A stretch of DNA of 64,000 nt from an uncultured Clostridia bacterium (lineage in GTDB: Bacteria; Bacillota; Clostridia; Christensenellales; UBA1242). Each line of letters starts with the position of its first letter. Position 1 is the first letter of the stretch. The stretch lies in NCBI GenBank assembly GCA_934777435.1, contig CAKVNK010000002.1, positions 27,005 through 91,004 on the forward strand, given 5' to 3'. Of this stretch, positions 38,453 through 48,328 are shown one piece after another. Below the pieces are notes generated by a model. The model had not been told where the DNA came from. It did no database searches and saw only the letters and a program-made list of their open reading frames with translations. A program made the position numbers and the translations under genes.

Positions 38453-41400
38453 ATGGCAGTTGTTTTTACAGATGAAACAAGCGTAAATTTAAGCAGTTTA
38501 AAGGGCAGAAACTTTAAAGAAGTTTATGTTAGAGTAACCTTTGGCGATAAAAGCACAGGTTATGTTTCTTTGGCTGAATTATGTAACCGTAGCGGTTATT
38601 CCCGTTTTGTTGAAGATATGGCTGACCCAGCAGATGAACTGGATAAACTTATAAAAAATCCTAATGATGTTTATAAAAGGCTTTCTAGTGGTAAAATTTT
38701 ACCTATTATCAGCATTAACGCTGGGCTTGTGTTTGCACATGAACAGATTTCAACTGCACTCGCAACCGATGCAGATAAAAAAGTTTATGGTTTGCGTCAA
38801 GCCATAGGTTATAAAGAAGATTCATCTGCAAATTACCACGCTAACTCAAAAGTTTATGTAAAATTGAGAGGGGACAACGGCTTTACACTTGTTGACGCAA
38901 AAGACGTTTATGTTTTTGCTAACGGCACAGCAACAATTTTAACAAATGTTACTGACACAACCATTTTAGATGCAATCAAAAATGGCACAACTCTTGACAA
39001 TGTTAGAATGATTGTGAACAACCGTGAAGTGGAAATTCTTGACAAGGCAAAATATTTGCAAACCACAGTTTTAAGGCAAGAAACATATTCAACTGAAACA
39101 GTTGACGGCAAACCTGTGCTTGTGCACCAAGGTTTGGACGATGATGCCGCTTCTATTGTTGAAGGCGGAGTTGTTGGCCGTAAATTTGTTGATTATCAAG
39201 ACCACTCTGGCAAAGATTTGCGTGTTGTTCAAACCACAAAATATTCACTTAACCCGGGCAGAAATGGTGACCATATTTATGTTACCGATAAGCAAGGCAA
39301 TCAACACTTTGTGAATATCAATGATTTATATTCTGGCAGTATCACTTCACCAACACCTATTGATTTGTCAGTTTTTGGTGCAAGTTCTGGCACTCACAAC
39401 TTTTATGAATATGTTGGCAAAAGCCTTATACTTAAATCTGGTGACGACTATATTGAATTGTCACCTTTAACAAGCGAACAAGCAACAAAGGTTTATTCAA
39501 ACACAACTTACACTCCAACCGAAATCAATGAACCACAAGCAATCGCACAAGAAGGTGTTTACCGCAAAACCAAAGACGGCAGATATTTTGAAGAATGTAA
39601 AATTCAACCTATTTGCTATGACTATGCAGACGGCGACACTGACTTTACCGACTATTTGTTCACTGTTAGTTTCCCAACCGGTGACCAAACTGTTATTGTG
39701 TCTAGAAAACAATTTATTGACAAAGCAAGGGTGGAAGTTGAATTGCCAGTTAACGGCAAAACTCAATCAGTGTATTTAAGTTTGACCGACAGCATGCGCC
39801 CACGTCAACTTAAACGCACAAACAAACCGGTTAATTGCTGTGCAGTTGTTCAAACAACAACAAAACATAATGAAATTTATAACAATGCAACAGTACTTAA
39901 AACAAGCAACTCCATCATTGCTGTTGAAACTGACAAAACAAAACAAATTCAAACTCAATTTATGCAAGACTATCGTGATGGTAAATATCAAGTTAATTCT
40001 ACCTATAACGATTCTGGCGAGTTGGTTGAATTCAGCGAAACAAGTTCACGTTATGTTATGACAAACTATATTGAAACTGTTGACCATAACGGTGAAAATA
40101 AATACTATTGCAACTTTAAACCACAAGAACTTACATTTACAAACGGTAAATTTAAAGGTGCACCAACCTTTGACCGCAAACGTGCAAACAAAAGTTATAC
40201 ACAAGGTGCAAAAAACTTTGCTTTAACAAGTTTGCAATTAATGTTCTCACCTTTGGGTATCCTTACAATGGTGGCTTTGCCTGCATTGCCAGTTGTTTCT
40301 TTGGGTGCGGCATTAAGTATTCCAGTGGCAAGATTGGTTAATAGAATAAGAGAAAACAATTCAAAAGCCGGTGTTAACGGCAGTATGATGAACCCGCAAC
40401 AACTCAACCGCATTAAAACAGAACAAGAAGTGTTTGAAAATGTGCGTGAAATTTTAAAACAAACCGATATGCAATACACTGAAGGTTTGCAAACCGCAGT
40501 TAAAGAACATGGTGCAGGGGCTAAATTCAATTTAACCGATGCTCAAATTGGTGCAATCAAAGAATCTATGCTTTTGTTGGAAGAAAGATTGCTTGCTAAC
40601 TATGAACAAGAAAACGCACCTATCGTGTTACATATTGTAAATGGCAAGGCAAAAGTAGATGCACAAAATGCTCATCTTGCACACCGTTTTGAACAAATGG
40701 TGGCGGAACTTGATGCTGAAATTAAAGATATTAAGAAAAGGCTTAAAACGGCAACTGGCAGTGAAAAAGTTTTGCTTGAAAACGAGTTGGCTGAAAAAAT
40801 GTCAGCACGTGAAGCAATGTTGCAAGAATACACACTTAATTCTGAAGACTTGCCAGAAAATCAACTTGCAAAAAACAACAGCCTTGAATATCTTGCTCTT
40901 GCAAAAGGCATTATTGTTGCAAAATATTGCAAAAACAGTTTAGATACAAAAACATTGGAATTTATAAATGCGTTGAATGTTGACTTTAAGCATAGACGTT
41001 TAACATACAAGCACACTTTGTACACAACAGTTTCTGACCTTGTGTCAAAGCACCCAGAAATTCAACCATACATTGACCAAATCTTCACATTGGCACGCAG
41101 CCTTGATGCAACAGAACACTTGGATGCAAATGGCAAACCATTAACCTTGACAGAAAAAGTTAAGGAAATTCCTGTTAAACTTGAAGAAGACCTCACCGAT
41201 GAACACACAACGGATAAAGAACACACAACAGAAGACGGCGTAGATAAAGAACATGTCGATGACAAGGAGCACGGTGTAGATGAAGAACATGTTGTTGATC
41301 CCAGTGATGTAGCTGGTGACGCTGACGACTCAATGGTGCAAAAATTGATTGAAAAATTTGAATCTGCTGAAAAAACACAACAAGAATTAAATAGTCAACT

Positions 41401-43591
41401 TGAAGCACAAGCAGAATTTATTAATCAACTGTTGGGTAAATCTGAACTTACAGATGAAGATGCAAAATTGTTGGCAGAACATATTGACCAATTAACTAAA
41501 AAAGCAACTGAATTAAAACAACAGATTGAAGAAGCAAACGCTACCGCATCAGCAATAACAGGCAGTGCAGAAGAAATTAAAGCAGGCATAGAAGGTGTCA
41601 CAGGCAATTTAAAAACTTTTGCCGATAATCTTGATAAATGCAACAAGAATATTGAAAAGTTGCAAAAATTGATAACTGGCAAAATGTCCGTAACACAAGC
41701 AACAGAAATCACTGAAAAAATAACCGCATTACAAACCATTGTTGTGGGGTATCAAGAACAAATCAGTGCAACACTCAATCAAGTTGTTGCAACATTGGAA
41801 AAGTTGGGTAAAGCCCCACAAACTGATGTGACAAAATATGAAGAACAAATCAGAAAACTGCTAGATGAAATAACCGACCTTAAATCAAAACTTACTGGTG
41901 TAAGCATAATGAACGATTTAAATGCCACATTGGTTTCAAATTTAGAGAAACAACTTGCAGAATTGCGTGACGAAAAGAAGCAACTTAACGGTACAATCAA
42001 GTCACTTTCAGCAGATAAAAAAGATATGCAGTCAACCATAGATAGTTTGAATACACAAATCAGTGATATTGAAGCACAAATTGCTGAAAAACAAAAATTG
42101 ATTGACGAGCAAGAAGGCAACATTATCCTTCACCTTGAAGAAATTAAACGCTTGAAAGATGAACTTGAACAAGCACAAACCAAATTGGCACAATCAGAAG
42201 GCAAGGTTGCAGAATTAACAAACCAAATTGCAAGTTTAAAACAAAAGATTCAAACCCTTGAATCTGAAAATGCAAGTCTGCAAGAAAAGCATGACGCATT
42301 AAAGCAAATCAATGAACAATTAACCGACCTTAACAATAAATTGAGCGAAGAAAACAAAAATCAAGCCCAAAAAATTGGTGAACTTGACAGTGTGATTTCT
42401 TCACTTAAAACATCTATTGAAAAGGCTGAAAAAGAACTTGCTGAAAAACAAACAGCACTTCAAGAAGCAGAAGACAAAATCAAGTCACAAGCAGGTGAAC
42501 TCGGCCAAAAAGATGCTGAAATTGCTGAATTTAGAAAGGCTTTTGAAGAACGTGCGGTTGAAATTCAAGACATGAAAGACAAACTTGCCGCCGTTGAAGC
42601 AAAACGTGATGAATTGCAAAGGACATATGATAACTCACGTGAAGAATGGGCAAAACAAAAACAAGAATTTGAAAGCCAAATCGAAGCACTTAAAAAGCAA
42701 CTTGCTGAAAAGGACGAAACTATCCGCAAATTGCAAGAAAGTGAAAACAGATGCCGTATGCTTGCAAGCCGTTTGACAGGTAAAAATCAAAGCATTTTGG
42801 ATAGTGCAGACGAAACAATCAACGCCATTGCAACCCTTTTGGCTGAACATATGGTTGATGATTCAGTTATCAAACGCATTAAAGATAACATCGTTGCCGG
42901 CAAATTGTATGGCTTAAAAACTGAAATTGACGGTTTGAAAAATTCAACAACTTTAACATTAAGCAAAATTGAAAAAGAAATCAAAATGTCTGCAACCCGC
43001 ATTGACTCATTAGAAACTATGATTTCATTTGCATCAGATGAAGATGACGCAGATTTACAAGCAATGATTGCAAAAGCAAAAGAAAAAATCAAAGTGCTTA
43101 AAGAGAAGCAAGAACAACTTAAAAAACTTCAACCAAAAATCAAAAAAGCGTCTGACAGTTTTGACGACTTAAAAGAATATGTTGACCTTGCAAAAGTTGA
43201 ACAAGATATTAACAAAACCTTGCAAGACACAAGATTTAGCACTGGCTTACAACCAACAGAAGTTGATGTTAAATATTTGGCAATGGTTATCCTTTGCTTT
43301 AAAAATGCAGTTAAACAACAAAAGTTAATTGCAAAAGGTTTGGGTGGCAGAGTTATCAGTTTTGATACTCAAACAATCAGCAACAAATTACAAACCTTGA
43401 TGGCACAAATGCAACAATTTATCCGTGCAAATTACAATGTGTTTAATATGTGCGATAGCCAAAAAGTTAAAGACCAATATTATGATAAAGTTTCTGGCTA
43501 TTCTAAATACGACCATAGAGTACTTTTCACCATGCCAGACGATCGCAAACATGATGGCAGAGAAACTCCGTCTGCTGACGATAACTTGTAA
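38453..43591 (+). CDS. Very large (1,712 aa) membrane-associated coiled-coil protein
   Basis: SD AAGAGGA before ATG 38453. ~590-aa N-terminal beta-rich region. Hydrophobic segment FALTSLQLMFSPLGILTMVALPALPVVSLGAALSIPV (~40210-40340). ~1,000 aa of E/K/Q/L heptad-rich sequence follows. D(K/E)EH repeat at 41198-41298. No family recognised. Confidence 0.85.
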   Translation: MAVVFTDETSVNLSSLKGRNFKEVYVRVTFGDKSTGYVSLAELCNRSGYSRFVEDMADPADELDKLIKNPNDVYKRLSSGKILPIISINAGLVFAHEQISTALATDADKKVYGLRQAIGYKEDSSANYHANSKVYVKLRGDNGFTLVDAKDVYVFANGTATILTNVTDTTILDAIKNGTTLDNVRMIVNNREVEILDKAKYLQTTVLRQETYSTETVDGKPVLVHQGLDDDAASIVEGGVVGRKFVDYQDHSGKDLRVVQTTKYSLNPGRNGDHIYVTDKQGNQHFVNINDLYSGSITSPTPIDLSVFGASSGTHNFYEYVGKSLILKSGDDYIELSPLTSEQATKVYSNTTYTPTEINEPQAIAQEGVYRKTKDGRYFEECKIQPICYDYADGDTDFTDYLFTVSFPTGDQTVIVSRKQFIDKARVEVELPVNGKTQSVYLSLTDSMRPRQLKRTNKPVNCCAVVQTTTKHNEIYNNATVLKTSNSIIAVETDKTKQIQTQFMQDYRDGKYQVNSTYNDSGELVEFSETSSRYVMTNYIETVDHNGENKYYCNFKPQELTFTNGKFKGAPTFDRKRANKSYTQGAKNFALTSLQLMFSPLGILTMVALPALPVVSLGAALSIPVARLVNRIRENNSKAGVNGSMMNPQQLNRIKTEQEVFENVREILKQTDMQYTEGLQTAVKEHGAGAKFNLTDAQIGAIKESMLLLEERLLANYEQENAPIVLHIVNGKAKVDAQNAHLAHRFEQMVAELDAEIKDIKKRLKTATGSEKVLLENELAEKMSAREAMLQEYTLNSEDLPENQLAKNNSLEYLALAKGIIVAKYCKNSLDTKTLEFINALNVDFKHRRLTYKHTLYTTVSDLVSKHPEIQPYIDQIFTLARSLDATEHLDANGKPLTLTEKVKEIPVKLEEDLTDEHTTDKEHTTEDGVDKEHVDDKEHGVDEEHVVDPSDVAGDADDSMVQKLIEKFESAEKTQQELNSQLEAQAEFINQLLGKSELTDEDAKLLAEHIDQLTKKATELKQQIEEANATASAITGSAEEIKAGIEGVTGNLKTFADNLDKCNKNIEKLQKLITGKMSVTQATEITEKITALQTIVVGYQEQISATLNQVVATLEKLGKAPQTDVTKYEEQIRKLLDEITDLKSKLTGVSIMNDLNATLVSNLEKQLAELRDEKKQLNGTIKSLSADKKDMQSTIDSLNTQISDIEAQIAEKQKLIDEQEGNIILHLEEIKRLKDELEQAQTKLAQSEGKVAELTNQIASLKQKIQTLESENASLQEKHDALKQINEQLTDLNNKLSEENKNQAQKIGELDSVISSLKTSIEKAEKELAEKQTALQEAEDKIKSQAGELGQKDAEIAEFRKAFEERAVEIQDMKDKLAAVEAKRDELQRTYDNSREEWAKQKQEFESQIEALKKQLAEKDETIRKLQESENRCRMLASRLTGKNQSILDSADETINAIATLLAEHMVDDSVIKRIKDNIVAGKLYGLKTEIDGLKNSTTLTLSKIEKEIKMSATRIDSLETMISFASDEDDADLQAMIAKAKEKIKVLKEKQEQLKKLQPKIKKASDSFDDLKEYVDLAKVEQDINKTLQDTRFSTGLQPTEVDVKYLAMVILCFKNAVKQQKLIAKGLGGRVISFDTQTISNKLQTLMAQMQQFIRANYNVFNMCDSQKVKDQYYDKVSGYSKYDHRVLFTMPDDRKHDGRETPSADDNL

Positions 43592-43666
43592 ACATAATTT
43601 GCAACAATTTAAAAATTTAACAAGAAAAAAATTATAAAACCATTTTGGTAGATTCGATTTGTTTGA

Positions 43667-43694
43667 TTGACTTTTTGCTAAAATGTTTTATAAT
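43667..43694 (+). promoter_or_regulatory. Sigma-A promoter of the glyQS T-box leader
   Basis: TTGACT (43667-43672), 16-nt spacer, TATAAT (43689-43694). Confidence 0.65.
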
Positions 43695-43700
43695 ATTATC

Positions 43701-43896
43701 AAACAGTCAATTAAAAGTTATTTAAAAGTTTTGTTGATTGTATCCTATAAGCAAAGTGGCGATTTGCTTGGAGACGCTAAAATGGCGTCCGTCTGCCTTG
43801 CGATAAAAGGTTTTAAAGTGGGCTAACAACCAATTAGGGTGGAACCGCGGTTTTAAATAATCGTCCCTATGCAGAATTTTTGCGTAGGGATTTTTT
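43701..43896 (+). promoter_or_regulatory. T-box riboswitch leader (Gly)
   Basis: T-box AATTAGGGTGGAACCGCGG (43832-43850). The antiterminator is AGGG/CCCU with a UGGAACC bulge. The terminator is CCCTATGCA-GAATTTT-TGCGTAGGG plus T6 (43864-43896). GGC triplets are present in upstream hairpin loops (for example 43758-43760), but I could not fix the specifier by eye. Confidence 0.85.
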
Positions 43897-44016
43897 CTTT
43901 ATTATTAGTGGCAGATTAATATTCACATTATTTAGTATTTATATTGATAGATTTATTAATAATTATCATTATAGAATATTATATGATTATTATATAAAGA
44001 TAGGAGATAAGGAATC

Positions 44017-44214
44017 ATGAATGAACAACGTAAAAGAAAAAATAAAATTGCTTTAATTATTACGGCAGTGATATTTGCAATAGGTTTGATATTGCTTTTC
44101 ATCGGTCAAATTATTCCACATGTGCCATTATTTGTCGCTGGCTGTGTGGTGGCAGGTGTGGGCTTTATTCCACTGATGATTATTACAATCATTGATCATT
44201 TAAAACAAGATTAA
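44017..44214 (+). CDS. Small two-TM membrane protein (65 aa)
   Basis: SD AGGAGATAAGGA. Basic N-terminus followed by two hydrophobic helices. Sits between the Gly T-box terminator and glyQS. Confidence 0.55.
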   Translation: MNEQRKRKNKIALIITAVIFAIGLILLFIGQIIPHVPLFVAGCVVAGVGFIPLMIITIIDHLKQD

Positions 44215-44242
44215 AAAATTTTCAAAACGATAAGGAGAAATT

Positions 44243-45610
44243 ATGGGAGATTTTAACAAAATTGTTAATTTATGCAAAAGCAGGGGTATAATTTTCCCTG
44301 GCAGTGACATTTATGACGGGCTTGCAAACACTTGGGACTACGGCCCAGTTGGTGTTGAACTTAAAAATAATATCAAGCGTGCTTGGTGGAAAAAGTTTGT
44401 GCAAGAAAGCCATAATAGTTTTGGTATTGATGCAGATATTTTTATGAACAGCAAAGTTTGGGAAGCAAGTGGTCACACTGCAAGTTTTTCAGATCCTAAA
44501 ATGGATTGTAAAAGTTGTAAAACTCGTCACCGTGCAGACACTCTTATTGAAGCACACAGCAAAGGCACAGTCAATGCTGACAAAATGACAAACGAAGAAA
44601 TGGAAGCATATATCAATGAACATCATGTTTGTTGCCCGAAATGTGGTAAATGTGATTGGACAAGCATTCGTAACTTTAACCTTATGTTCTCAACTTCTCG
44701 TGGCGTGACAGATGATAGCCAAAACTTGATTTATCTCCGTCCAGAAACTGCACAAGGTGAGTTTGTAAACTTCCTTAATGTGCAACGCAGTATGCGTGCA
44801 AAAGTGCCTTTTGGTATTGCACAAATTGGTAAGGCTTTCCGTAACGAAGTAACCCCAGGCAACTTCACTTTCCGTACAATCGAATTTGAACAAATGGAAC
44901 ATCAATGGTTCTGCAAACCAGAGGACAGCATGAAATTCTATGCTGACTATAAAAAGAAAGCAATGGACTTTTTGTTAAGCCTTGGCTTTAACCCAGAACA
45001 TTTGCGTTATCATGACCATGACAAACTTGCACATTACGCAAAGGCTGCTTGTGATATTCAATATTTGTATCCTATCGGTTGGGAAGAACTTAACGGTATT
45101 CACCACCGTGGCGATTGGGATTTAAGCCGTCACCAACAATATAGCGGAAAATCAATGCTTTATATGGACCCATATACAAATGAAAAATATATTCCTAATG
45201 TTGTTGAATATTCTATTGGTGCTGACCGTTTAACTTTGGCTGTTATGTGTGAAGCATATGAGGAACAAAAGTTGGAAGATGGTGAAACTCGTGTTGTTAT
45301 GCATTTCCACCCAGCACTTGCACCTTATAAAGTTGCAGTTCTTCCTTTGCAAAAGAATTTGGGTAAAAAGGCAGAAGAAATTTACCGTGAACTCAGCAAA
45401 CACTTTATGGTAAGTTATGACGAAGCCGGCTCAATCGGTAAACGTTATCGCCGTCAAGACGAAATCGGCACACCAATGTGCGTGACAATCGACTTTGATA
45501 CACTTGAAAACAACACCGTTACAGTGCGTGACCGTGACACAATGCAACAAATACGTTTAAGTGTGGACGAACTTGTTGCTTATGTTGAAAAACAAGTTGT
45601 ATATAACTAA
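44243..45610 (+). CDS. glyQS: Glycine--tRNA ligase (homodimeric GlyQS type)
   Basis: 455 aa. The N-terminus RGIIFPGSDIYDGLANTWDYGP, the class II motifs and the C-terminal anticodon-binding domain are all typical. SD AAGGAGA. Confidence 0.96.
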   Translation: MGDFNKIVNLCKSRGIIFPGSDIYDGLANTWDYGPVGVELKNNIKRAWWKKFVQESHNSFGIDADIFMNSKVWEASGHTASFSDPKMDCKSCKTRHRADTLIEAHSKGTVNADKMTNEEMEAYINEHHVCCPKCGKCDWTSIRNFNLMFSTSRGVTDDSQNLIYLRPETAQGEFVNFLNVQRSMRAKVPFGIAQIGKAFRNEVTPGNFTFRTIEFEQMEHQWFCKPEDSMKFYADYKKKAMDFLLSLGFNPEHLRYHDHDKLAHYAKAACDIQYLYPIGWEELNGIHHRGDWDLSRHQQYSGKSMLYMDPYTNEKYIPNVVEYSIGADRLTLAVMCEAYEEQKLEDGETRVVMHFHPALAPYKVAVLPLQKNLGKKAEEIYRELSKHFMVSYDEAGSIGKRYRRQDEIGTPMCVTIDFDTLENNTVTVRDRDTMQQIRLSVDELVAYVEKQVVYN

Positions 45611-45638
45611 TAAATGTTGATAAGGCAAATTTGATATT

Positions 45639-45668
45639 AAAAAAATCCACAGTTTGTGGATTTTTTTA
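45639..45668. terminator. Bidirectional terminator (copy 1 of the twin ATCCAC/GTGGAT hairpin)
   Basis: AAAAAAATCCACAGTTTGTGGATTTTTTTA. Confidence 0.8.
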
Positions 45669-45672
45669 TGCC

Positions 45673-46182
45673 TTAATGTTGTAGGTTTAAATTGTTTTCT
45701 TTTAAAAATGGCAAAACCAAAATTTGCAATTCACTATAATAAGTGTGGCTGGCAAGGAATAATTGTTTTTCATTTTCAGTTACAGCTTCATGCTCTAAAA
45801 ATTTTTTACGCATTTTGGCTTTTCGCACTTTGCAAAAATTGTTAACATATTCTGCGTATGGTTTTTTATATCTTTTAACCAAAAACCATACCCAATGTTT
45901 TGTTAAGTCAATGGTTGTAAAGTCAACATTGCTAAACTTACAATCAACAGATTTACAAATTTTAAACTGCACATCTCCCATCATAACATATAAATCTTCG
46001 TGCCAATTTGGAGTGACAGAGTGTGTGCAATCAGTCAGTACAACATAAGGGCTACTGCCTAAAAACTTTGCAATGCTTGTTTCATCACTGGCAAGTGTGC
46101 CATGCCACTCAATTTTTTGAGTGTGCATAAAATCTAAAATATCTTGTTTTGTGTAAAACTCACTTTTAACTATCATATTCAT
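45673..46182 (-). CDS. Hypothetical protein (169 aa)
   Basis: ORF bounded by two near-identical terminators. No SD and no recognised motif. Confidence 0.45.
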   Translation of the reverse strand: MNMIVKSEFYTKQDILDFMHTQKIEWHGTLASDETSIAKFLGSSPYVVLTDCTHSVTPNWHEDLYVMMGDVQFKICKSVDCKFSNVDFTTIDLTKHWVWFLVKRYKKPYAEYVNNFCKVRKAKMRKKFLEHEAVTENEKQLFLASHTYYSELQILVLPFLKENNLNLQH

Positions 46183-46363
46183 ATTCTAACATAAAAAACA
46201 AATCTGTCAATAGCAAATAAAAATAAGGTTGGTGGCAAAAATTAAAACCATTAATGACAAATTTAAAATTGATATTTTAAAATTAAAACTTTTTGGGCTT
46301 TTAGTGGACAGTGGGGTGGTAGTGTAAATTAAAGTATGATGATTATTGTTAATGTGGGGTAAA

Positions 46364-46394
46364 CAAAAAATCCACTAAATTGTGGATTTTTTTA
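46364..46394. terminator. Bidirectional terminator (copy 2 of the twin ATCCAC/GTGGAT hairpin)
   Basis: CAAAAAATCCACTAAATTGTGGATTTTTTTAA. It terminates the minus-strand rplI operon. Confidence 0.75.
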
Positions 46395-46487
46395 ATTCTG
46401 TTTTTGCTAGACCATATTTTGCCATGTGTGGAACATGACGGAATAAATATGTTAATAAATAGGTTTATTTTTTGGTTTAATTAAACA

Positions 46488-46946
46488 TTATTTTTTATAT
46501 CTCGCACCGCAGGCATCACAGGTGTTAGAGTCTTTTTTAAGCATTGCACCGCAGTATTCACAAAACAATGGTTCGTCCTTTTGCTTTGCAAGGTTTGATA
46601 ATTTATCTAGAATATTACTTTCTTTGTTGTTATCTTCGTCCAAATTATCCAAAGATGCTTCAAGTTGACGCATAGATTGAAATTGTTTTGAATTAACAGT
46701 TTTTACAACACCAAAAGTTGCAATACTGCCAAATATGGTTAAAAAGCCAAAGCCACCAGCCATCATCATAACAGCACCCATTGTTGCTTTTGACTGCTTT
46801 TCGCTTGCTTCATACCAACCGCTTTCACCCATTTCTGGCACGTACATATCTTGTGCTTTACGCAATTTGCTAATGCCAATCACACCAATAATTATGCCTA
46901 AAATAAATGGAATAAGCCATAAAAAATTTAAAACTTTCTTTTTCAT
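46488..46946 (-). CDS. Membrane protein with C-terminal zinc ribbon
   Basis: SD GAGGGG. Two TM helices. C-terminal CEYCG..N9..CDACG zinc ribbon. Confidence 0.6.
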   Translation of the reverse strand: MKKKVLNFLWLIPFILGIIIGVIGISKLRKAQDMYVPEMGESGWYEASEKQSKATMGAVMMMAGGFGFLTIFGSIATFGVVKTVNSKQFQSMRQLEASLDNLDEDNNKESNILDKLSNLAKQKDEPLFCEYCGAMLKKDSNTCDACGARYKK

Positions 46947-46965
46947 TTGCCCCTCGGTTAATCTA

Positions 46966-47409
46966 TTATTTAATGTTTACGCTTGCAACAATATCAACTG
47001 AAACTTCTTTAATAAGTTGCAATGTGATTTTGTAGTCACCAACACCTTTGATTGTTGGAAAATCTTTAATTTGGTTCTTTTCAATTTTAATGCCATCACT
47101 AGCCAACGCTTGCAAAATTTCTTGTTTTGTGATTGAGCCAAACGCTTTACCATTTGCACCAACATTGAGTGTGAAAGGGTAAACTTTACCTTTAATGCGG
47201 TTTGCAATTTCTTGGTATTGTTTAACCAATTCGCCATGGTGGAAAGCCTTTGCTTCAACTTGACCTTTATGGTCGTTTAATGCACTGGCTGTTGCTTCTT
47301 TTGCAATGCCTTGACGGATAAGCACATTGCTTGCATAATTTGGGTTGACGTCAATAATGTCACCCACTTTACCTTTGCCTTTAAGGTCTTTAATTAAAAT
47401 TACTTTCAT
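46966..47409 (-). CDS. rplI: 50S ribosomal protein L9
   Basis: The MKVILIKDLKGKGKVGDIIDV..NYA.N.L...G.A..AT signature. 147 aa. SD AAAGGAG. Confidence 0.95.
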   Translation of the reverse strand: MKVILIKDLKGKGKVGDIIDVNPNYASNVLIRQGIAKEATASALNDHKGQVEAKAFHHGELVKQYQEIANRIKGKVYPFTLNVGANGKAFGSITKQEILQALASDGIKIEKNQIKDFPTIKGVGDYKITLQLIKEVSVDIVASVNIK

Positions 47410-47740
47410 GAATATCTCCTTTTGAGACCTTTTCTAAATTGTCTTTGTAAATTTGTGTGAGATTTTTAAGGCACAAATTGCTCCAACTATCAAAAGATTG
47501 TAACATAACTTCAACAGCAAAAGCATATTGAGAAAGTTTGGTTTTTTCTTTAACTTGTGCCATAAATTTCTTTTTAGATCTTATACACTTTGCACGTATG
47601 TTAACAAAATTTTTGTTAGTTTCTTTTGCTGCGACATAAGTGTTCATCAAACTAGCAACAAAATTGTCAGCATCAGCAAGGTGACACAAATTGTTGTAAC
47701 ATCTCATTGTTTCTTCATAATAAGTTGAATTAAAATACAA
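47390..47740 (-). CDS. Hypothetical protein (116 aa) translationally overlapping rplI
   Basis: TTG start 7 nt after AAGGAG. It ends 20 nt inside rplI. No motif recognised. Confidence 0.5.
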   Translation of the reverse strand: MYFNSTYYEETMRCYNNLCHLADADNFVASLMNTYVAAKETNKNFVNIRAKCIRSKKKFMAQVKEKTKLSQYAFAVEVMLQSFDSWSNLCLKNLTQIYKDNLEKVSKGDIHESNFN

Positions 47741-47951
47741 TGTTAAACTCCTTATAGAATTACTTGTATGTTTATACTATCACATGTTTAATAGTTTGTC
47801 AAATTTCTTTTTAAATTATAGATTGATAAATTTTGCATAAAACAGATTAAAATATGCAAGTTGGGTTAAAAATATAGAGTAAGATTTTAATTTGGTTTTG
47901 CTAAATAAATTTTTTTTGGTTGAAGCAAAACAACAATTAGTGGGGTAAAAT

Positions 47952-48266
47952 ATGGACGTAATGTGCAGGAAATATAGTTGCATTTATAACAACAAAGCAA
48001 AATGTGAACGCAAAAATTTAAGTGTAGACAAAAGTGCCGATTGTGGAGATTTAAAACTGGACAAAACAAAAGTTGTTCCAGATGTGTCACGTGATATGTT
48101 TGAGCATGAGCCAGACGTTGCACCATTTCATCACTGCAAAACAATGAACATTGCATGTAAAGCAACAAATTGCATTTTTAACAAAGAAGGCGAGTGTTTT
48201 TCAAACGGAATATTTGTTGGCAGTGAACAAGCAAAAGCCACCTGTAACTCATTTGTGGAAAAATAG
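47952..48266 (+). CDS. DUF1540 domain protein (two Cys-rich repeats)
   Basis: CKATNCIFNKEGECFSNGIFVGSEQAKATCNSF and the N-terminal CRKYSCIYNNKAKCERKNLSV....ADC match the DUF1540 pattern found in spore formers. Confidence 0.75.
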   Translation: MDVMCRKYSCIYNNKAKCERKNLSVDKSADCGDLKLDKTKVVPDVSRDMFEHEPDVAPFHHCKTMNIACKATNCIFNKEGECFSNGIFVGSEQAKATCNSFVEK

Positions 48267-48328
48267 TTACATTTTAAGTTAAAAAATTATTTGTGCTTTT
48301 TGGTGTTTATATGATATTATTATAAATA

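Noticed and set aside
38286-38486. 66-aa ORF (MYFVGKNMLLKTYFLLLKTYFLLL...)
   Set aside because: The repeated LLKTYFL is simply the 21-nt tandem DNA repeat read in frame. The ORF has no SD and runs across the SD and start of the 1,712-aa gene. I treat it as promoter-region repeat rather than a peptide gene.
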